This document shows positions 42,212 to 53,737 of a stretch of 64,000 nucleotides of DNA, one piece after another. Both the position numbers and the translations under genes were made by a program. Source of the DNA: an uncultured Prochlorococcus sp. (GTDB lineage: Bacteria > Cyanobacteriota > Cyanobacteriia > PCC-6307 > Cyanobiaceae); contig CACNMX010000003.1 in NCBI GenBank assembly GCA_902621675.1, positions 8,167 through 72,166 on the forward strand, read 5' to 3'. The notes below the pieces were generated by a model, which saw only the letters and a program-made list of their open reading frames with translations, did not search any database and was not told the origin of the DNA. The first letter of the stretch is position 1. Each line of letters opens with the position of its first letter.

Positions 42212-43486
42212 TTACTTACTATTTGATAATAGGATTAATCGGAGGCTGTTCAAACACACATTTACACTTAGTCTTTGAATTTCTATTCGATTTCGTGTTG
42301 AGTTAAATAGTTTTTTTATATTAGTTATATGATTATTCGGTCCTGAAATTGAAATATAGACAAGTCCAACCGGTTTATCTTGACTGCCTCCGTTAGGACC
42401 AGCTATTCCACTAATTGCTATTGCCCAATCTGCTCCTAATTTCTCTTTTACATTAATTGCCATGGCCTCACAAACTTCTTCAGAAACAGCTCCATATTTT
42501 GTAAGCTTTTCTTTAGAAATATGTAATAATGAATTTTTTAGTTCATTACTATAGGAAACAATACTACCTTGAAAAACTTGAGATGAGCCTGATATTGAGG
42601 TTAGTGATGAAGATAGAAGGCCTCCGGTGCAGGATTCAGCAAAAACAATAGTTTCGTTCCTCTTGGTTAATTCTTTTATTAAAACGCTAGGAAGAGTATC
42701 GTTATCCTCTCCAAAAATAAATTTTGAAAAATCTTTTTTTAATTTTTCTTTAATAGGTTTAATTATATTTTTTGCTTCTAGGTCGTTCTTAGCTCGCGCG
42801 GTGATTCTGAGTTTAACCTCTCCTAAGTTTGCATATGGAGCAACGGTAGGGTTTTTAAGATTTAATAGATCATTAATTTTTTCAGCAACGCTTGATTCTC
42901 CAATGCCCGCAAATTTAAGAGTATTTGAAAAAAAGGAATAATTATCTGAGAATTTGGTTTTAATGAAATCATACGCCGTCTCTTCCCACATAGTTTTCAT
43001 TTCACTGGGTACTCCTGGGAAAGTAAGGATAGTAAAACCTTTTACTGGTTCCCAAATCATTCCTGGGGCAGTGCCCCTAGGGTTATTAATAATTTGAGCA
43101 TTTTCTGGGAAGAAACATTGTTTCCTTAAGCTGGAGGAATCTTCCTTGAGCTTTGAGTTTGAAAGCTTTTGTTTAATTTCCTCCCATAAGAGCGGTCTTT
43201 CAAACAGAGATACATTAAAAGATTTGGCTATTGCTTCAGTAGTTAAGTCATCTGGGGTGGGTCCCAAGCCACCAGTTGTAATTAGAATATTACTTCTTTT
43301 CGATATTTCTTGAATTACTTTTATAATTCGATCACAATTATCACCGACAGTTGATTGCCTAAAGTGATTTAAGCCTAATTGAGATAACTGTTCAGAAATC
43401 CATTGAGCATTTGTATTGATAATATTTCCTAAGAGTAGCTCTGTTCCAATAGAAAGAATTTCAACTCCCTTGGAGTTAGAACTCAT
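42212..43486 (-). CDS. cinA: Competence/damage-inducible protein CinA (NMN deamidase domain)
   Basis: [38 protein letters not shown]. Confidence 0.93.
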   Translation of the reverse strand: MSSNSKGVEILSIGTELLLGNIINTNAQWISEQLSQLGLNHFRQSTVGDNCDRIIKVIQEISKRSNILITTGGLGPTPDDLTTEAIAKSFNVSLFERPLLWEEIKQKLSNSKLKEDSSSLRKQCFFPENAQIINNPRGTAPGMIWEPVKGFTILTFPGVPSEMKTMWEETAYDFIKTKFSDNYSFFSNTLKFAGIGESSVAEKINDLLNLKNPTVAPYANLGEVKLRITARAKNDLEAKNIIKPIKEKLKKDFSKFIFGEDNDTLPSVLIKELTKRNETIVFAESCTGGLLSSSLTSISGSSQVFQGSIVSYSNELKNSLLHISKEKLTKYGAVSEEVCEAMAINVKEKLGADWAIAISGIAGPNGGSQDKPVGLVYISISGPNNHITNIKKLFNSTRNRIEIQRLSVNVCLNSLRLILLSNSK

Positions 43487-44754
43487 TTAATTGATGCTTC
43501 CAGTTTGCCTTCATAAAGAGGAAAACGGTTACACAAGGTTAATACTCTTTCTTTACATTGACTTTCAATCAGTGAATCGTCTGGGTTAAGTAATCTATCA
43601 GCAATAATTTCGCCAACTTCAGCAAAAGCATCTTCATTAAAGCCTCTAGTAGTTAAAGCAGCAGTTCCCAACCTTAGTCCGCTGGTTACAAAAGGTGATT
43701 CAGGGTCAAATGGAACAGTATTTTTATTTGCAGTGATATTCACTTCACTTACAAGTAAGTCAGCAATCTTACCAGTCATATTGATACTTCTTAAATCGAG
43801 TAAAACAATATGGTTATCAGTGCCTCCACTAACGATGTTAATACCTCTATTTATTAAAGTTGAAGCTAGAACTTTTGCATTCTTTATTACTTGCTGGGAA
43901 TAATTAACGAAATCTGGTTGCAAGGCTTCTCCAAATGCAACTGCTTTAGCTGCAATTATATGTTCGAGGGGCCCACCCTGAGTTCCAGGGAAAACAGATT
44001 TATCAAATTTCTTTCCAAATTCTGCATCTTTACATAAGATAAGTCCCCCTCTAGGCCCTCTTAATGTTTTATGAGTAGTTGTGGTTACTACATCACAATA
44101 TGGTATTGGATTTGGGTGAAGTTTACTTGCTACAAGACCGGCGATGTGTGCAATATCAGCCATTAAGAATGCACCAACTTCATCTGCAATATTTCTAAAT
44201 GACTCAAAATCGATTGTTCTTGGATAAGCAGAATATCCACATATGATTAATTTTGGTTTTTTTTCAAGTGCTATCTCTCTTATTTCGTCAAAATTTAATT
44301 CACTAGTTTCATTATTTACACCATAGTGAACTGCATTGAACCATTTACCACTCATATTTACTGGAGAACCATGAGTTAGGTGTCCACCATGAGATAAATC
44401 CATCCCCATGATTGTGTCGCCAGGTTTAAGTAGACTTAGGAAAACAGCAGCATTTGCCTGCGCTCCACTATGGGGTTGAACATTAGCCCAATTTGCATTA
44501 AATAATTTTTTCGCTCTCTGAATAGCTAATTCTTCGATTTCATCAACAAATTCACATCCCCCGTAATATCTTTTTTGGGGTAATCCCTCGGCGTATTTAT
44601 TTGTAAGTACGGAACCTTGAGCCTGCATAACGGCAATTGATGCGAAATTTTCGCTTGCGATTAACTCAAGATGAGTTTCCTGCCTATTTTTTTCAGAGTT
44701 AATAAAATTCGATATTACTGGATCACTTTCTTTGAGATTTTGAAGGATATTCAT
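43483..44754 (-). CDS. glyA: Serine hydroxymethyltransferase
   Basis: [32 protein letters not shown]. Confidence 0.98.
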   Translation of the reverse strand: MNILQNLKESDPVISNFINSEKNRQETHLELIASENFASIAVMQAQGSVLTNKYAEGLPQKRYYGGCEFVDEIEELAIQRAKKLFNANWANVQPHSGAQANAAVFLSLLKPGDTIMGMDLSHGGHLTHGSPVNMSGKWFNAVHYGVNNETSELNFDEIREIALEKKPKLIICGYSAYPRTIDFESFRNIADEVGAFLMADIAHIAGLVASKLHPNPIPYCDVVTTTTHKTLRGPRGGLILCKDAEFGKKFDKSVFPGTQGGPLEHIIAAKAVAFGEALQPDFVNYSQQVIKNAKVLASTLINRGINIVSGGTDNHIVLLDLRSINMTGKIADLLVSEVNITANKNTVPFDPESPFVTSGLRLGTAALTTRGFNEDAFAEVGEIIADRLLNPDDSLIESQCKERVLTLCNRFPLYEGKLEASIK

Positions 44755-44831
44755 TGAATTTGAAAAGTAATACCCATAATATAGACGATATTTTTTAGAA
44801 AAATATAAAAAGAATATTTCAGAATTTTAAA

Positions 44832-44905
44832 CGCGCCTGGAGAGATTCGAACTCCCGACACCCTGATCCGTAGTCAGGTGCTCTAATCCACTGAGCTACA
44901 GGCGC
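44832..44905 (-). tRNA. trnR: tRNA-Arg(ACG)
   Basis: Reverse complement GCGCCTG...CCTGA-CT-ACG-GA-TCAGG...GGGAG-TTCGAAT-CTCTC-CAGGCGC-G. Confidence 0.97.
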
Positions 44906-44991
44906 ATAATTATGTAATATCTCTGTTTCAGGGTCTCTTAGTCAACTAGATTTCGGGTAAAATATCTATTATTAACAATCTAATTATTAGT

Positions 44992-45243
44992 ATGCCTATA
45001 AAGTGGTACGGAAATGGTGACTCAGAAGATCCTATCTATAAACATTTTTCTCGAATAGTAAATTTTGTTATTCATTGCATGATATTTACTGCGATAGTAA
45101 GTGGTACGTGGCTTTTAAAAGAGATAAAATATGAAATCAGCTATTTTAATAATTTTGCAATTGTCTGGTCAGTTCTTTTGGCCTCCCATTTATTTTTCGT
45201 AATTATAAAAAAACCTAAAGATACTTCAAAACAATCAACTTAA
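44992..45243 (+). CDS. Small 2-TM membrane protein
   Basis: Two hydrophobic segments, R.VNF..H...F and W...L..H pattern. Confidence 0.75.
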   Translation: MPIKWYGNGDSEDPIYKHFSRIVNFVIHCMIFTAIVSGTWLLKEIKYEISYFNNFAIVWSVLLASHLFFVIIKKPKDTSKQST

Positions 45244-45257
45244 TTTAATTTCTATTT

Positions 45258-45542
45258 ATGGACTCTCAGATAAGTATAAGTGATCTAGAAAATGTTATTT
45301 CCGAAAAGGTTTTTATAAAAATAGAAAAGTGGAATTTGTATCTTGGAGACGCTGGACTAGCTAGGCATCTTGCTATTGAATGTATCAGCAATAAAGATCA
45401 AGGCCCATTGAAGGCTGCAAAATTAAGTCTTAAAGCAATAAATGTAAAAGTAGGGGATGGTGTTAATAGTATTCCACTGATAAATTTAATCACTAACTCA
45501 CAAGTTCTAGAATTAGAAGAGATTTTGGAAAGTTTTTTTTAA
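45258..45542 (+). CDS. Conserved cyanobacterial protein (DUF3181-like)
   Basis: I.I.KWNLYLGDAGLA..LA motif. Confidence 0.8.
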   Translation: MDSQISISDLENVISEKVFIKIEKWNLYLGDAGLARHLAIECISNKDQGPLKAAKLSLKAINVKVGDGVNSIPLINLITNSQVLELEEILESFF

Positions 45543-45545
45543 AAA

Positions 45546-47129
45546 CTAAATCTTTTTTTTTGAAACTTTAAATTTATTTACTTTTAAGAATTTTGTAAGT
45601 AAAAAATAAATCACAAAAAAAGTTAGAGTTCCAAATATTAATAATAAAAATTCTGCAACATTTGAATTGAAGTTATTCGTAGTTTGGAGAATAGTAAAAC
45701 AAAGTTTGCTGTCTATTAATGCTGCTAATGACATGAGGCTAATTTTGCTCAATAAATCTAAGTTAGGTAAATGGATATCTTCATTTCGCAGATTAATAGA
45801 AAGCAAAATACAGAGTATAAGGTTCACTATTACTGAAGATAAAATTATTCCCACAACTCCGAAATTATATGGAGAAAGATTCCCAAAATTCTTAATTGGG
45901 GCACCAATTAAAAACCAATCAAAAAAAATATTAAATATTATCCCTGCAAATGAAGACTTAAAAGGGAAGTTTGTTCTTTCTATTGAATAGTAAGTTCTTA
46001 CTAATAAATCTCTATAAAGATAAAATGGTATTCCAACTGCATAAGCAATTAATATATTTTTTACTTTTAAAGTTGCTGAATAATCAAAAGATCCTCTTTG
46101 AAAAACTAATTGTACGATTTGATTATTGAATGTTATGAAAAATCCGGTTAAAAAAATAGCTGTCAAGAAACAGTACTCTACCCCAGATATCAATTTTTTT
46201 TGGAGACCTCTTTTGTCTTTTTCACTTCTTAATTTAGAAAATTTTGGAAGTAATGGCAGAATCAAAGAATTAGATAATATGCCTAAGGGGGCTTGTATAA
46301 GAAAGTTTCCGTAAGCTAGTCCAGATGCTGCGCCTTGAAAACTTGAAGCGAAAAACATATCGATAAAAACATTAATTTGACTTAAACCTGATGAGATAGA
46401 TGCTGGAATAATTAGTTTGAAAATTCTCCTCTCTTCATCTTTAAATAAATTAAAGGTTGACTCTAATCTCAAGAGACCAATTTTATTTGTTTCCCAAATT
46501 TGAACAACAAACTGAATTAAAGTCCCTGTCAAAGTTGCAAATGCCAGTAATCCCGTGTAAGTAAAGAAATTGGAAGATGTATTTTCTTGGTTGAAAACCC
46601 AATTAAATAAAATAAAAAAGATAATAGTTACGCTTGTTATTGCTGGACTTATACTTGATAAAAAGAATTTTCTTTGGGAGTTTAAGGCGCCAAAGCTTAA
46701 ACCTATGAAGCCGGATAAAGGGATGCAAGGTGTAAGTATTTGTAATTGGTAAGTGGCAATAGATTTTGCTTTGTAACTTAAATTCGGGGCCAATAAATCA
46801 ATTAATAAACTAGAATTCGAGAAAATCAATATGGCTAAAATTAATAATAATATTGAAAGTTTTATGCTTACTTGAGTTAAAACAGTCCCTCCATTTTTTT
46901 TGTTAAGCGGAGTTAAAACTGCAACAACTGCGTTATGCAATGGACCATTAATACCCCCAATGATTATTAGCAAAAAACCAGGAATTATATATGCATAATT
47001 AAATGCGTCGTATGTTGTGCCAACCCCAAAAGCAGCAGCTATAAATATTTGTCTTATACATCCAGCTAATTTACTTAGACTAGTACCCAACGAAATTGAA
47101 AAAACATTATTTTTTAAAAATGAATGCAT
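45546..47129 (-). CDS. murJ: Lipid II flippase MurJ/MviN
   Basis: SKLAG.IRQ..IAAAFGVG, GGINGP, QIN.F.D.FFAS, FQRG.F; ATG 47129 preferred. Confidence 0.93.
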   Translation of the reverse strand: MHSFLKNNVFSISLGTSLSKLAGCIRQIFIAAAFGVGTTYDAFNYAYIIPGFLLIIIGGINGPLHNAVVAVLTPLNKKNGGTVLTQVSIKLSILLLILAILIFSNSSLLIDLLAPNLSYKAKSIATYQLQILTPCIPLSGFIGLSFGALNSQRKFFLSSISPAITSVTIIFFILFNWVFNQENTSSNFFTYTGLLAFATLTGTLIQFVVQIWETNKIGLLRLESTFNLFKDEERRIFKLIIPASISSGLSQINVFIDMFFASSFQGAASGLAYGNFLIQAPLGILSNSLILPLLPKFSKLRSEKDKRGLQKKLISGVEYCFLTAIFLTGFFITFNNQIVQLVFQRGSFDYSATLKVKNILIAYAVGIPFYLYRDLLVRTYYSIERTNFPFKSSFAGIIFNIFFDWFLIGAPIKNFGNLSPYNFGVVGIILSSVIVNLILCILLSINLRNEDIHLPNLDLLSKISLMSLAALIDSKLCFTILQTTNNFNSNVAEFLLLIFGTLTFFVIYFLLTKFLKVNKFKVSKKKI

Positions 47130-47199
47130 TTGGATTCGTCTATAATTTTCAATAAGTTTAAGTTTCAATTATATTTGATTTCTAACTAACGACATATTT

Positions 47200-47940
47200 A
47201 TGAATGATCGGATAATTGATTTTGATCCATTAATTGAAGGGGTCTTAATTAAGAGGTATAAAAGGTTTCTTGCAGATATTGAATTAGAGAGTGGAGAGGT
47301 AGTAACTGCTCATTGTGCTAACACAGGCCCAATGAAGGGACTTTTGAGCGAGGGAGCAAAAGTAAGAATAAGTGTTTCCCCTTCTCCAAAAAGAAAATTA
47401 CCTTTTACTTGGGAACAGATATGTGTTTTTAATTCAAAAAATGAAGAGGTTTGGGTAGGTATTAATACTCTATTTGCAAATAAGTTAATCAAAAAGGTTA
47501 TTGAGAAAAATCTGCTAAAAGAAATAATAGGTGAAATAGAGACAATAAAATCTGAAGTTCCTTATGGAAAAGATAAAAAAAGCAGAATTGACTTTTTTTT
47601 AACCCCAAAATCTTCAAATCCTGATAAACGTAACATTTACATAGAGGTTAAAAATACGACTTGGATTAAAGAAAATGTAGCTCTATTCCCAGATACAGTC
47701 ACGAAAAGAGGCCAAAAACATCTCATGGAATTAAAGGAATTAATTCCTGAAAGTAAAAGTGTTTTAGTACTTTGTATAACGAGAAAAGACGCTTGTTTTT
47801 TTGCTCCTGGAGATGACGCAGATCCCTTATACGGCAGTCTTTTTAGAGAAAATCATAGTGCAGGAATGATAACTATCCCATGTTCCTTTGAATTTCATAA
47901 AGACCACGTATCATGGGAAGGATTTAAACCGTTGAAATAA
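47200..47940 (+). CDS. sfsA: Sugar fermentation stimulation protein A (nuclease fold)
   Basis: [34 protein letters not shown]. Confidence 0.95.
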   Translation: MNDRIIDFDPLIEGVLIKRYKRFLADIELESGEVVTAHCANTGPMKGLLSEGAKVRISVSPSPKRKLPFTWEQICVFNSKNEEVWVGINTLFANKLIKKVIEKNLLKEIIGEIETIKSEVPYGKDKKSRIDFFLTPKSSNPDKRNIYIEVKNTTWIKENVALFPDTVTKRGQKHLMELKELIPESKSVLVLCITRKDACFFAPGDDADPLYGSLFRENHSAGMITIPCSFEFHKDHVSWEGFKPLK

Positions 47941-48023
47941 ATAAAATCTTGATAATTTGAAACTCTTAAAAAAAAATTTTTTAAATTTAACAGATATAGT
48001 TTTAAGGCGCAACTATAAAATTG

Positions 48024-48037
48024 GTAACAACAACTAC
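48024..48037 (+). promoter_or_regulatory. NtcA binding site upstream of amt1
   Basis: Perfect GTA-ACAACAAC-TAC (GTA-N8-TAC) 83 nt upstream of the amt1 ATG. Confidence 0.8.
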
Positions 48038-48120
48038 TAGACACTAATAAGTTTTTTGAGCAAAATTGAATATGAAAGGAAACAGCACAAACTGTTTTTT
48101 TGCAGATCTAATTTTTTTTT

Positions 48121-49581
48121 ATGACCACTGCTTTGCAAACGCCTCAAAGGCGCTCTAGGTCCAGATTACAAGATGCAAGTCTTGTTAATGGACCTATGCT
48201 CCTTTTGAGGAGTATTCGAGGATTTAGTTCAAACCGCTCAATGTTGTGGCTTGCAACTGTTCCTTTAGCTTTGTTTGGTTTAGGTATTTTCAATCTTTCA
48301 GCTCACGCAGCTGATTTACCTGAGTTGAATGCAGCTTTTCTTGCTAACAATTTATGGCTTTTGATCGCTACTATTTTAGTGATCTTCATGAACGCTGGTT
48401 TCGCTATGGTTGAGGCAGGTATGTGTCGTTCTAAGAACGCAGTTAACATCCTTGCTAAAAACCTATTCGTATTTGCTCTAGCTGTAACCTCTTATTGGTT
48501 TATCGGCTATTCATTAATGTACGGAGGTAGTGTTGCTGACGGATGGCTTTATTTTGGAGGCTTATTTTTTGATCCAACAGTTACTGCAGATATGGTAACT
48601 GATGCTGGATTAGTCCCAACAGTTGATTTCTTGTTCCAGTCTGCATTTGCAGGAACCGCGGCAACTATCGTATCCGGTCTTGTTGCTGAAAGAGTTAAAT
48701 TTGGAGAATTTGTTGTTTTTGCTGTCGTATTAACTGCATTTATATATCCAATTGCTGGTAGCTGGAAATGGAATGGTGGTTGGCTTGATTCTTTAGGTTT
48801 TGTAGACTTTGCTGGTTCTTCAATTGTTCACTCAGTTGGAGCATGGGCGGGTCTTGTAGGAGCTATGCTTCTTGGACCAAGAATTGGCAAGTACTCTGAT
48901 GGGAAACCACAGGCTATGCCAGGACACAACATGGCTATAGCTACTCTAGGTGCATTAGTTCTATGGATAGGTTGGTATGGGTTTAACCCCGGTTCTCAAC
49001 TTGCTATGGATCAATGGGTTCCATATGTTGCTGTAACAACTACTTTAGCAGCAGCAGCTGGTGCTATAGGTGCAACTATTGTTTCAACATTAACTTCTGG
49101 TAAGCCTGATCTTACAATGATAATTAACGGAATCCTTGCTGGTTTGGTTAGTATCACTGCTGGTTGTGGTGATATGACTCTTGCTGGAGCCTGGTTTGCA
49201 GGACTAGTGGGCGGAATAATCGTTGTATTTTCAGTTGCAGCACTTGATGCCGCTGAGATCGATGATCCTGTAGGCGCATTCTCTGTTCACGGAGTTTGTG
49301 GTGTATGGGGTACTGTTGTTATCGGTCTTTGGGGTACAGCTGTACAAGGTGATGGAGCAGGTATGGGATTGTTCAATGGCGGAGGTATTACCCTTCTTCT
49401 AGTTCAAGCTCTTGGTGCCGCAGCTTATGCTATTTGGACACTAGTTACTTGCTGGATTGCATGGTCTGTAATTGGAGGATTATTCGGTGGAATCCGAGTA
49501 TCTGAAGAGGAAGAGACTCAAGGCTTAGATATAGGAGAGCATGGAATGGAAGCATATCCAGACTTTGCATCTGCTAAATAA
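48121..49581 (+). CDS. amt1: Ammonium transporter Amt1
   Basis: FM.AGF...E.G, DFAGS..VH, WIGWYGFN.GS, NG.LAGLV.IT, DDP..AFSVHG, GLD..EHG. Confidence 0.98.
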   Translation: MTTALQTPQRRSRSRLQDASLVNGPMLLLRSIRGFSSNRSMLWLATVPLALFGLGIFNLSAHAADLPELNAAFLANNLWLLIATILVIFMNAGFAMVEAGMCRSKNAVNILAKNLFVFALAVTSYWFIGYSLMYGGSVADGWLYFGGLFFDPTVTADMVTDAGLVPTVDFLFQSAFAGTAATIVSGLVAERVKFGEFVVFAVVLTAFIYPIAGSWKWNGGWLDSLGFVDFAGSSIVHSVGAWAGLVGAMLLGPRIGKYSDGKPQAMPGHNMAIATLGALVLWIGWYGFNPGSQLAMDQWVPYVAVTTTLAAAAGAIGATIVSTLTSGKPDLTMIINGILAGLVSITAGCGDMTLAGAWFAGLVGGIIVVFSVAALDAAEIDDPVGAFSVHGVCGVWGTVVIGLWGTAVQGDGAGMGLFNGGGITLLLVQALGAAAYAIWTLVTCWIAWSVIGGLFGGIRVSEEEETQGLDIGEHGMEAYPDFASAK

Positions 49582-49600
49582 TCTAACTAAAAATTAATTT

Positions 49601-49635
49601 AAGAAACCTGACTTATGTCAGGTTTCTTTTTTTTT
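49601..49635 (+). terminator. Intrinsic terminator of amt1
   Basis: AAGAAACCTGAC-TTAT-GTCAGGTTTCTT plus T run. Confidence 0.93.
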
Positions 49636-49670
49636 ACGAAAAATTATTTAAAAAGTTGTATTATAGGAAG

Positions 49671-50867
49671 ATGGATACTCAAGCTTTTAGAAGATCCCTT
49701 CATCATTCTGATAGATACAATAGAAGGGGTTTCGATTCTCCAACAAAAAGAGCTCAAGCGTTAGAAGAAGCTTACCAAAGCGATTTGATAAGTTCTATAA
49801 GAGATAATAATTTTACTTACACTAAAGGCAGACTAAATATTAAGTTGGCCCAAGCTTTTGGTTTCTGTTGGGGAGTTGAACGAGCTGTTGCAATGGCTTA
49901 TGAAACTAGAAGACATTACCCAAATGAGAACATTTGGATAACAAACGAAATAATTCATAATCCCTCGGTTAATGATCATTTAAGAAAAATGAATGTAAAA
50001 TTCATCTCAGCCAAAAATGGAATTAAGGATTTTTCTTTAGTTTCTAATGGAGATGTTGTGATACTCCCTGCTTTCGGAGCTACTGTTCAAGAAATGAAAC
50101 TCTTGCATGAGAAAGGTTGTCATATCATTGATACAACTTGTCCATGGGTTTCTAAGGTTTGGCATACAGTTGAAAAACATAAAAAACATGTTTTCACATC
50201 TATTATTCACGGAAAATTTAAACATGAAGAGACTCTCGCTACAAGTTCATTCGCGGGTAAATATTTAGTTGTACTTGATTTAGAAGAAGCGAACTATGTT
50301 TCTGAATATATTCTGGGGAGAGGTAATAGAAATGAGTTTATGAACAAATTTGCTAAAGCTTGTTCTAACGGATTTGATCCTGATAAAGATTTAGATAGAG
50401 TGGGAGTTGCAAATCAGACAACTATGCTTAAGAGCGAGACTGAGGAAATTGGAAAGGTTTTTGAAAGGACGATGTTAAAGAAATTTGGACCAGAAAATTT
50501 AAATAGTCACTTTTTAGCTTTTAATACTATTTGTGATGCAACAGAAGAAAGGCAAGATGCAATGTTCTCTTTGGTTGATGAAGACCTTGATATTTTAGTA
50601 GTTATTGGAGGCTTCAATTCCTCTAATACTACTCACCTACAAGAAATAGCAATTAATAAAAATATTTCTTCTTTTCACATTGATACTCCAGAGAGGATAT
50701 CAGTTGTAGAAAACTCAATATTTCATAAACCATTAGGTTCAGAATTAGAACTTAAAAATAATTTTCTACCTAATGGAAAAATTAATGTTGGAATCACCTC
50801 AGGCGCATCCACTCCTGATAAGGTTGTTGCAGATGTAATTGAAAAGTTAATTGATATTGCTTCCTGA
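49671..50867 (+). CDS. ispH: 4-hydroxy-3-methylbut-2-enyl diphosphate reductase
   Basis: [40 protein letters not shown]; ATG 49671 preferred. Confidence 0.97.
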   Translation: MDTQAFRRSLHHSDRYNRRGFDSPTKRAQALEEAYQSDLISSIRDNNFTYTKGRLNIKLAQAFGFCWGVERAVAMAYETRRHYPNENIWITNEIIHNPSVNDHLRKMNVKFISAKNGIKDFSLVSNGDVVILPAFGATVQEMKLLHEKGCHIIDTTCPWVSKVWHTVEKHKKHVFTSIIHGKFKHEETLATSSFAGKYLVVLDLEEANYVSEYILGRGNRNEFMNKFAKACSNGFDPDKDLDRVGVANQTTMLKSETEEIGKVFERTMLKKFGPENLNSHFLAFNTICDATEERQDAMFSLVDEDLDILVVIGGFNSSNTTHLQEIAINKNISSFHIDTPERISVVENSIFHKPLGSELELKNNFLPNGKINVGITSGASTPDKVVADVIEKLIDIAS

Positions 50868-50970
50868 ATTTGTTATTCATTTATAAATTTGCTTAGTTTT
50901 TTTAATTTATTAGTCAGATAATTCCAAAAAATCTACTTTATTAACTAGAATAATGAAAAATTAATGAAGT

Positions 50971-51531
50971 ATGGAAGACAAAGCACAAACTAATCAGGTT
51001 CAAACTGCAAGTATGAATAGAACTAAAGCACCCCAAAAAGTTGAAGTTGTAGTTGCCAATTCATCTTCAGGGTCAGAAGTAAATATACTCGGAGAACTAT
51101 CGATTTTTGTTTTAAGAATAGGTTTTTGCGCTTTGATGATTCATCATGGCCTAGAAAAACTTCAGGATCCGCAAGGTTTCGCTGAGTTTGTAGTTGGTAA
51201 GTACTTTCCATTTTTGCCAGGTGATCCTGTTATTTGGACTTTTGGAGCAGCAATTACTCAATTAGTATGTCCACTAGGATTGGCTTTAGGTATTTTTGCG
51301 AGGCTTTCTTCACTTGGTCTATTCTCAACCATGGCATTTGCAGTTTATTTTCATCTTCTCGATACTGGACTAGAAGGATTTCCTCTTGCAGTGGTTGAAG
51401 GTCATAATTATGCTTTTGAATTGTCTTTCATATATGGTGCTATTTCTCTTTACTTTCTATGTGCAGGTCCAGGAAGGTTATCTTTATTCAGGAAAACAAA
51501 CAAGATTACATATTATCCAAAATCAACATAA
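50971..51531 (+). CDS. DoxX family membrane protein
   Basis: LRIG...MIHHG.EKL, LG...RL, GPG.LS. Confidence 0.85.
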   Translation: MEDKAQTNQVQTASMNRTKAPQKVEVVVANSSSGSEVNILGELSIFVLRIGFCALMIHHGLEKLQDPQGFAEFVVGKYFPFLPGDPVIWTFGAAITQLVCPLGLALGIFARLSSLGLFSTMAFAVYFHLLDTGLEGFPLAVVEGHNYAFELSFIYGAISLYFLCAGPGRLSLFRKTNKITYYPKST

Positions 51532-51532
51532 T

Positions 51533-53086
51533 TCAATGTAAAAAATGCCTTTTATGGGTAAATACCATAGAGATTCCTTTCGAATTACACATATCAATAC
51601 TTTCTTGGTCTCTTAGACTTCCACCAGGTTGAATAATAGCTTTTATACCATACTCATTTGCTAGTTCTACAGTATCTGCAAATGGGAAAAACCCATCACT
51701 GGCCAAGACAGCATCAGAACATGAACTTCCGGCTGCTTTTAATGCAATTTTTGCTGCTCCAACTCTATTCATTTGTCCAGCTCCAATACCAATAGTTTTT
51801 TGGTTTTTTGCAATAACAATGGCATTAGATTTCACGTGTTTACAAATCTTCCATGCAAAATTTAGATCCAAGTTAATTTGATTGCTTGGCTTTTTATTAG
51901 TTACTGAAATCCAATTTTCAGTTTTTTCTTCACTATTATCAGTATCTTGAACTAGCAATCCTCCCATTATTGATTTAGTAGAAATTTGATTCTTTTTTGG
52001 TATTTGTTTTTTTGAAAACTTTAAAATTCTTAAATTCTTTTTAACTTTTAATATTTCTAAAGCTTCCTCATCAAAAGATGGGGCGACGACACATTCTAGG
52101 AAAATCTCTTTCATTTGAATTGCGGTCTCATTATCAACATTTGAATTAAAAGCAACTATGCCTCCAAATGCACTAACTGAGTCACATGCCAAAGCATTAA
52201 AAAATGCTTGAGAAGCTGAATTGCTTATAGAAGCACCACAAGGATTATTGTGTTTAAGAATAACAGAAGCAAACATATCGGTTGTGAGTTCATCTTTTTC
52301 TTTGTACCCAAATTCTAAAACTGTTGAAAGTGCTGCCTCTAGATCCAATAGATTGTTATAACTTAAATCTTTACCTTGTAATTGTTCCGCTGAGTTCCAT
52401 CCTATTTCGCTTAAACCATACCAAAAAGCTTTTTGATGTGGATTCTCCCCATATCTTAAGGTTTTGATTAGTGGATAAGATTCAATATATTTTGAAGATT
52501 GTAAACCTCTTTCTTTTCTTATCCAATTAGATATTGCAGTGTCATAGTCTGCTGTATGCTGAAAAGCTTCAAAGGCTAATTGTGCTTTATATGAGTCCTT
52601 TAATTTACCCTTTTTACTTTCTTCAAGAAAATTTTGATACTGACTGGGATCAACTAAAACGGAAACGTCTTTGTGATTTTTAGCTGCAGAACGAATCATT
52701 GATGGTCCTCCTATATCAATATTTTCAATAGCCTCTTCCCAATTAGCTCCTTCATTTACAGTTTTTTTAAAAGGATATAAATTGACAACTACCAAGTCAA
52801 TTAACTCAAGATTGTTAGCTTCTATATCTTTTTTATGTTCCTCGTCATTTCTTTTAGCTAATATCCCCCCGTGTATTTTTGGATGTAAAGTTTTAACTCT
52901 TCCTCCAAGAATTTCAGGAGAATTAGTAAAATCTGCAACTTTAATAACTGGAATTTTTGCTTCTATAAGATGTTTGGCAGTTCCTCCACTTGATATGATT
53001 TTATAATTAAATTGCTCTACCAATTCCTTACAAAATGGGATTATATTTTTTTTATCAGAGACACTTACTAAAGCTAATGGTGACAT
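51533..53086 (-). CDS. purH: Bifunctional AICAR transformylase/IMP cyclohydrolase
   Basis: SVSDK, GRVKTLHP, IDIGGP, LRYGENPHQ, ASDGFFPF, QPGGS.RD. Confidence 0.98.
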   Translation of the reverse strand: MSPLALVSVSDKKNIIPFCKELVEQFNYKIISSGGTAKHLIEAKIPVIKVADFTNSPEILGGRVKTLHPKIHGGILAKRNDEEHKKDIEANNLELIDLVVVNLYPFKKTVNEGANWEEAIENIDIGGPSMIRSAAKNHKDVSVLVDPSQYQNFLEESKKGKLKDSYKAQLAFEAFQHTADYDTAISNWIRKERGLQSSKYIESYPLIKTLRYGENPHQKAFWYGLSEIGWNSAEQLQGKDLSYNNLLDLEAALSTVLEFGYKEKDELTTDMFASVILKHNNPCGASISNSASQAFFNALACDSVSAFGGIVAFNSNVDNETAIQMKEIFLECVVAPSFDEEALEILKVKKNLRILKFSKKQIPKKNQISTKSIMGGLLVQDTDNSEEKTENWISVTNKKPSNQINLDLNFAWKICKHVKSNAIVIAKNQKTIGIGAGQMNRVGAAKIALKAAGSSCSDAVLASDGFFPFADTVELANEYGIKAIIQPGGSLRDQESIDMCNSKGISMVFTHKRHFLH

Positions 53087-53119
53087 TATGGAAAAGTTTA
53101 CTTACTTAAGAATATAAAC

Positions 53120-53737
53120 ATGAAATATGCTATCAATCATGAATTTGTCTCGATTAGCTCTCAAACTGCAACTCATAGAATTATTTTGATGCATGGTTGG
53201 GGAGCTGATTCTGATGACCTTTTAACATTTGGAAAGGAGATGACTGAAAAAATAAATCTTGATTTTGAGGTAATTTCTTTGAGGGCTCCTGGATTGCATC
53301 CGAGTGGTCAGGGAAGACAGTGGTATGGTTTATACCCACATGATTGGAATGGAGCTGAGGTTGAAGTAAATAAACTTTTAGTGACATTAAAAGAATTTGA
53401 TACTCATCAGATTCCACTAAGAAAAACAATTTTGTTGGGGTTCTCTCAGGGGGCGGCAATGGCAATTGATGCAGGATTTAAATTAAATTTTGGATTAATT
53501 GTTTCTTGTAGTGGTTATCCTCACCCCAATTGGGCCCCGGGAGAAAAATGCTCGCCTTTGATTATTAGTCATGGCTTATTTGATGACGTCGTGCCTATAG
53601 ATGCTTCTAGGAATATTTATAAAAAAGTAAAGAGTAAGTCTTCTAAATTTTGTGAATTATTAGAATTCGATGGATTTCACCAAATTGATTCAAATTTAAA
53701 TAATTTTATAAGTTCAAATATAAGTAATATTTTTTAA
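53120..53737 (+). CDS. Phospholipase/carboxylesterase (alpha/beta hydrolase)
   Basis: HGWG, GFSQG nucleophile, HG..D.VVP, GFH catalytic triad. Confidence 0.9.
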   Translation: MKYAINHEFVSISSQTATHRIILMHGWGADSDDLLTFGKEMTEKINLDFEVISLRAPGLHPSGQGRQWYGLYPHDWNGAEVEVNKLLVTLKEFDTHQIPLRKTILLGFSQGAAMAIDAGFKLNFGLIVSCSGYPHPNWAPGEKCSPLIISHGLFDDVVPIDASRNIYKKVKSKSSKFCELLEFDGFHQIDSNLNNFISSNISNIF

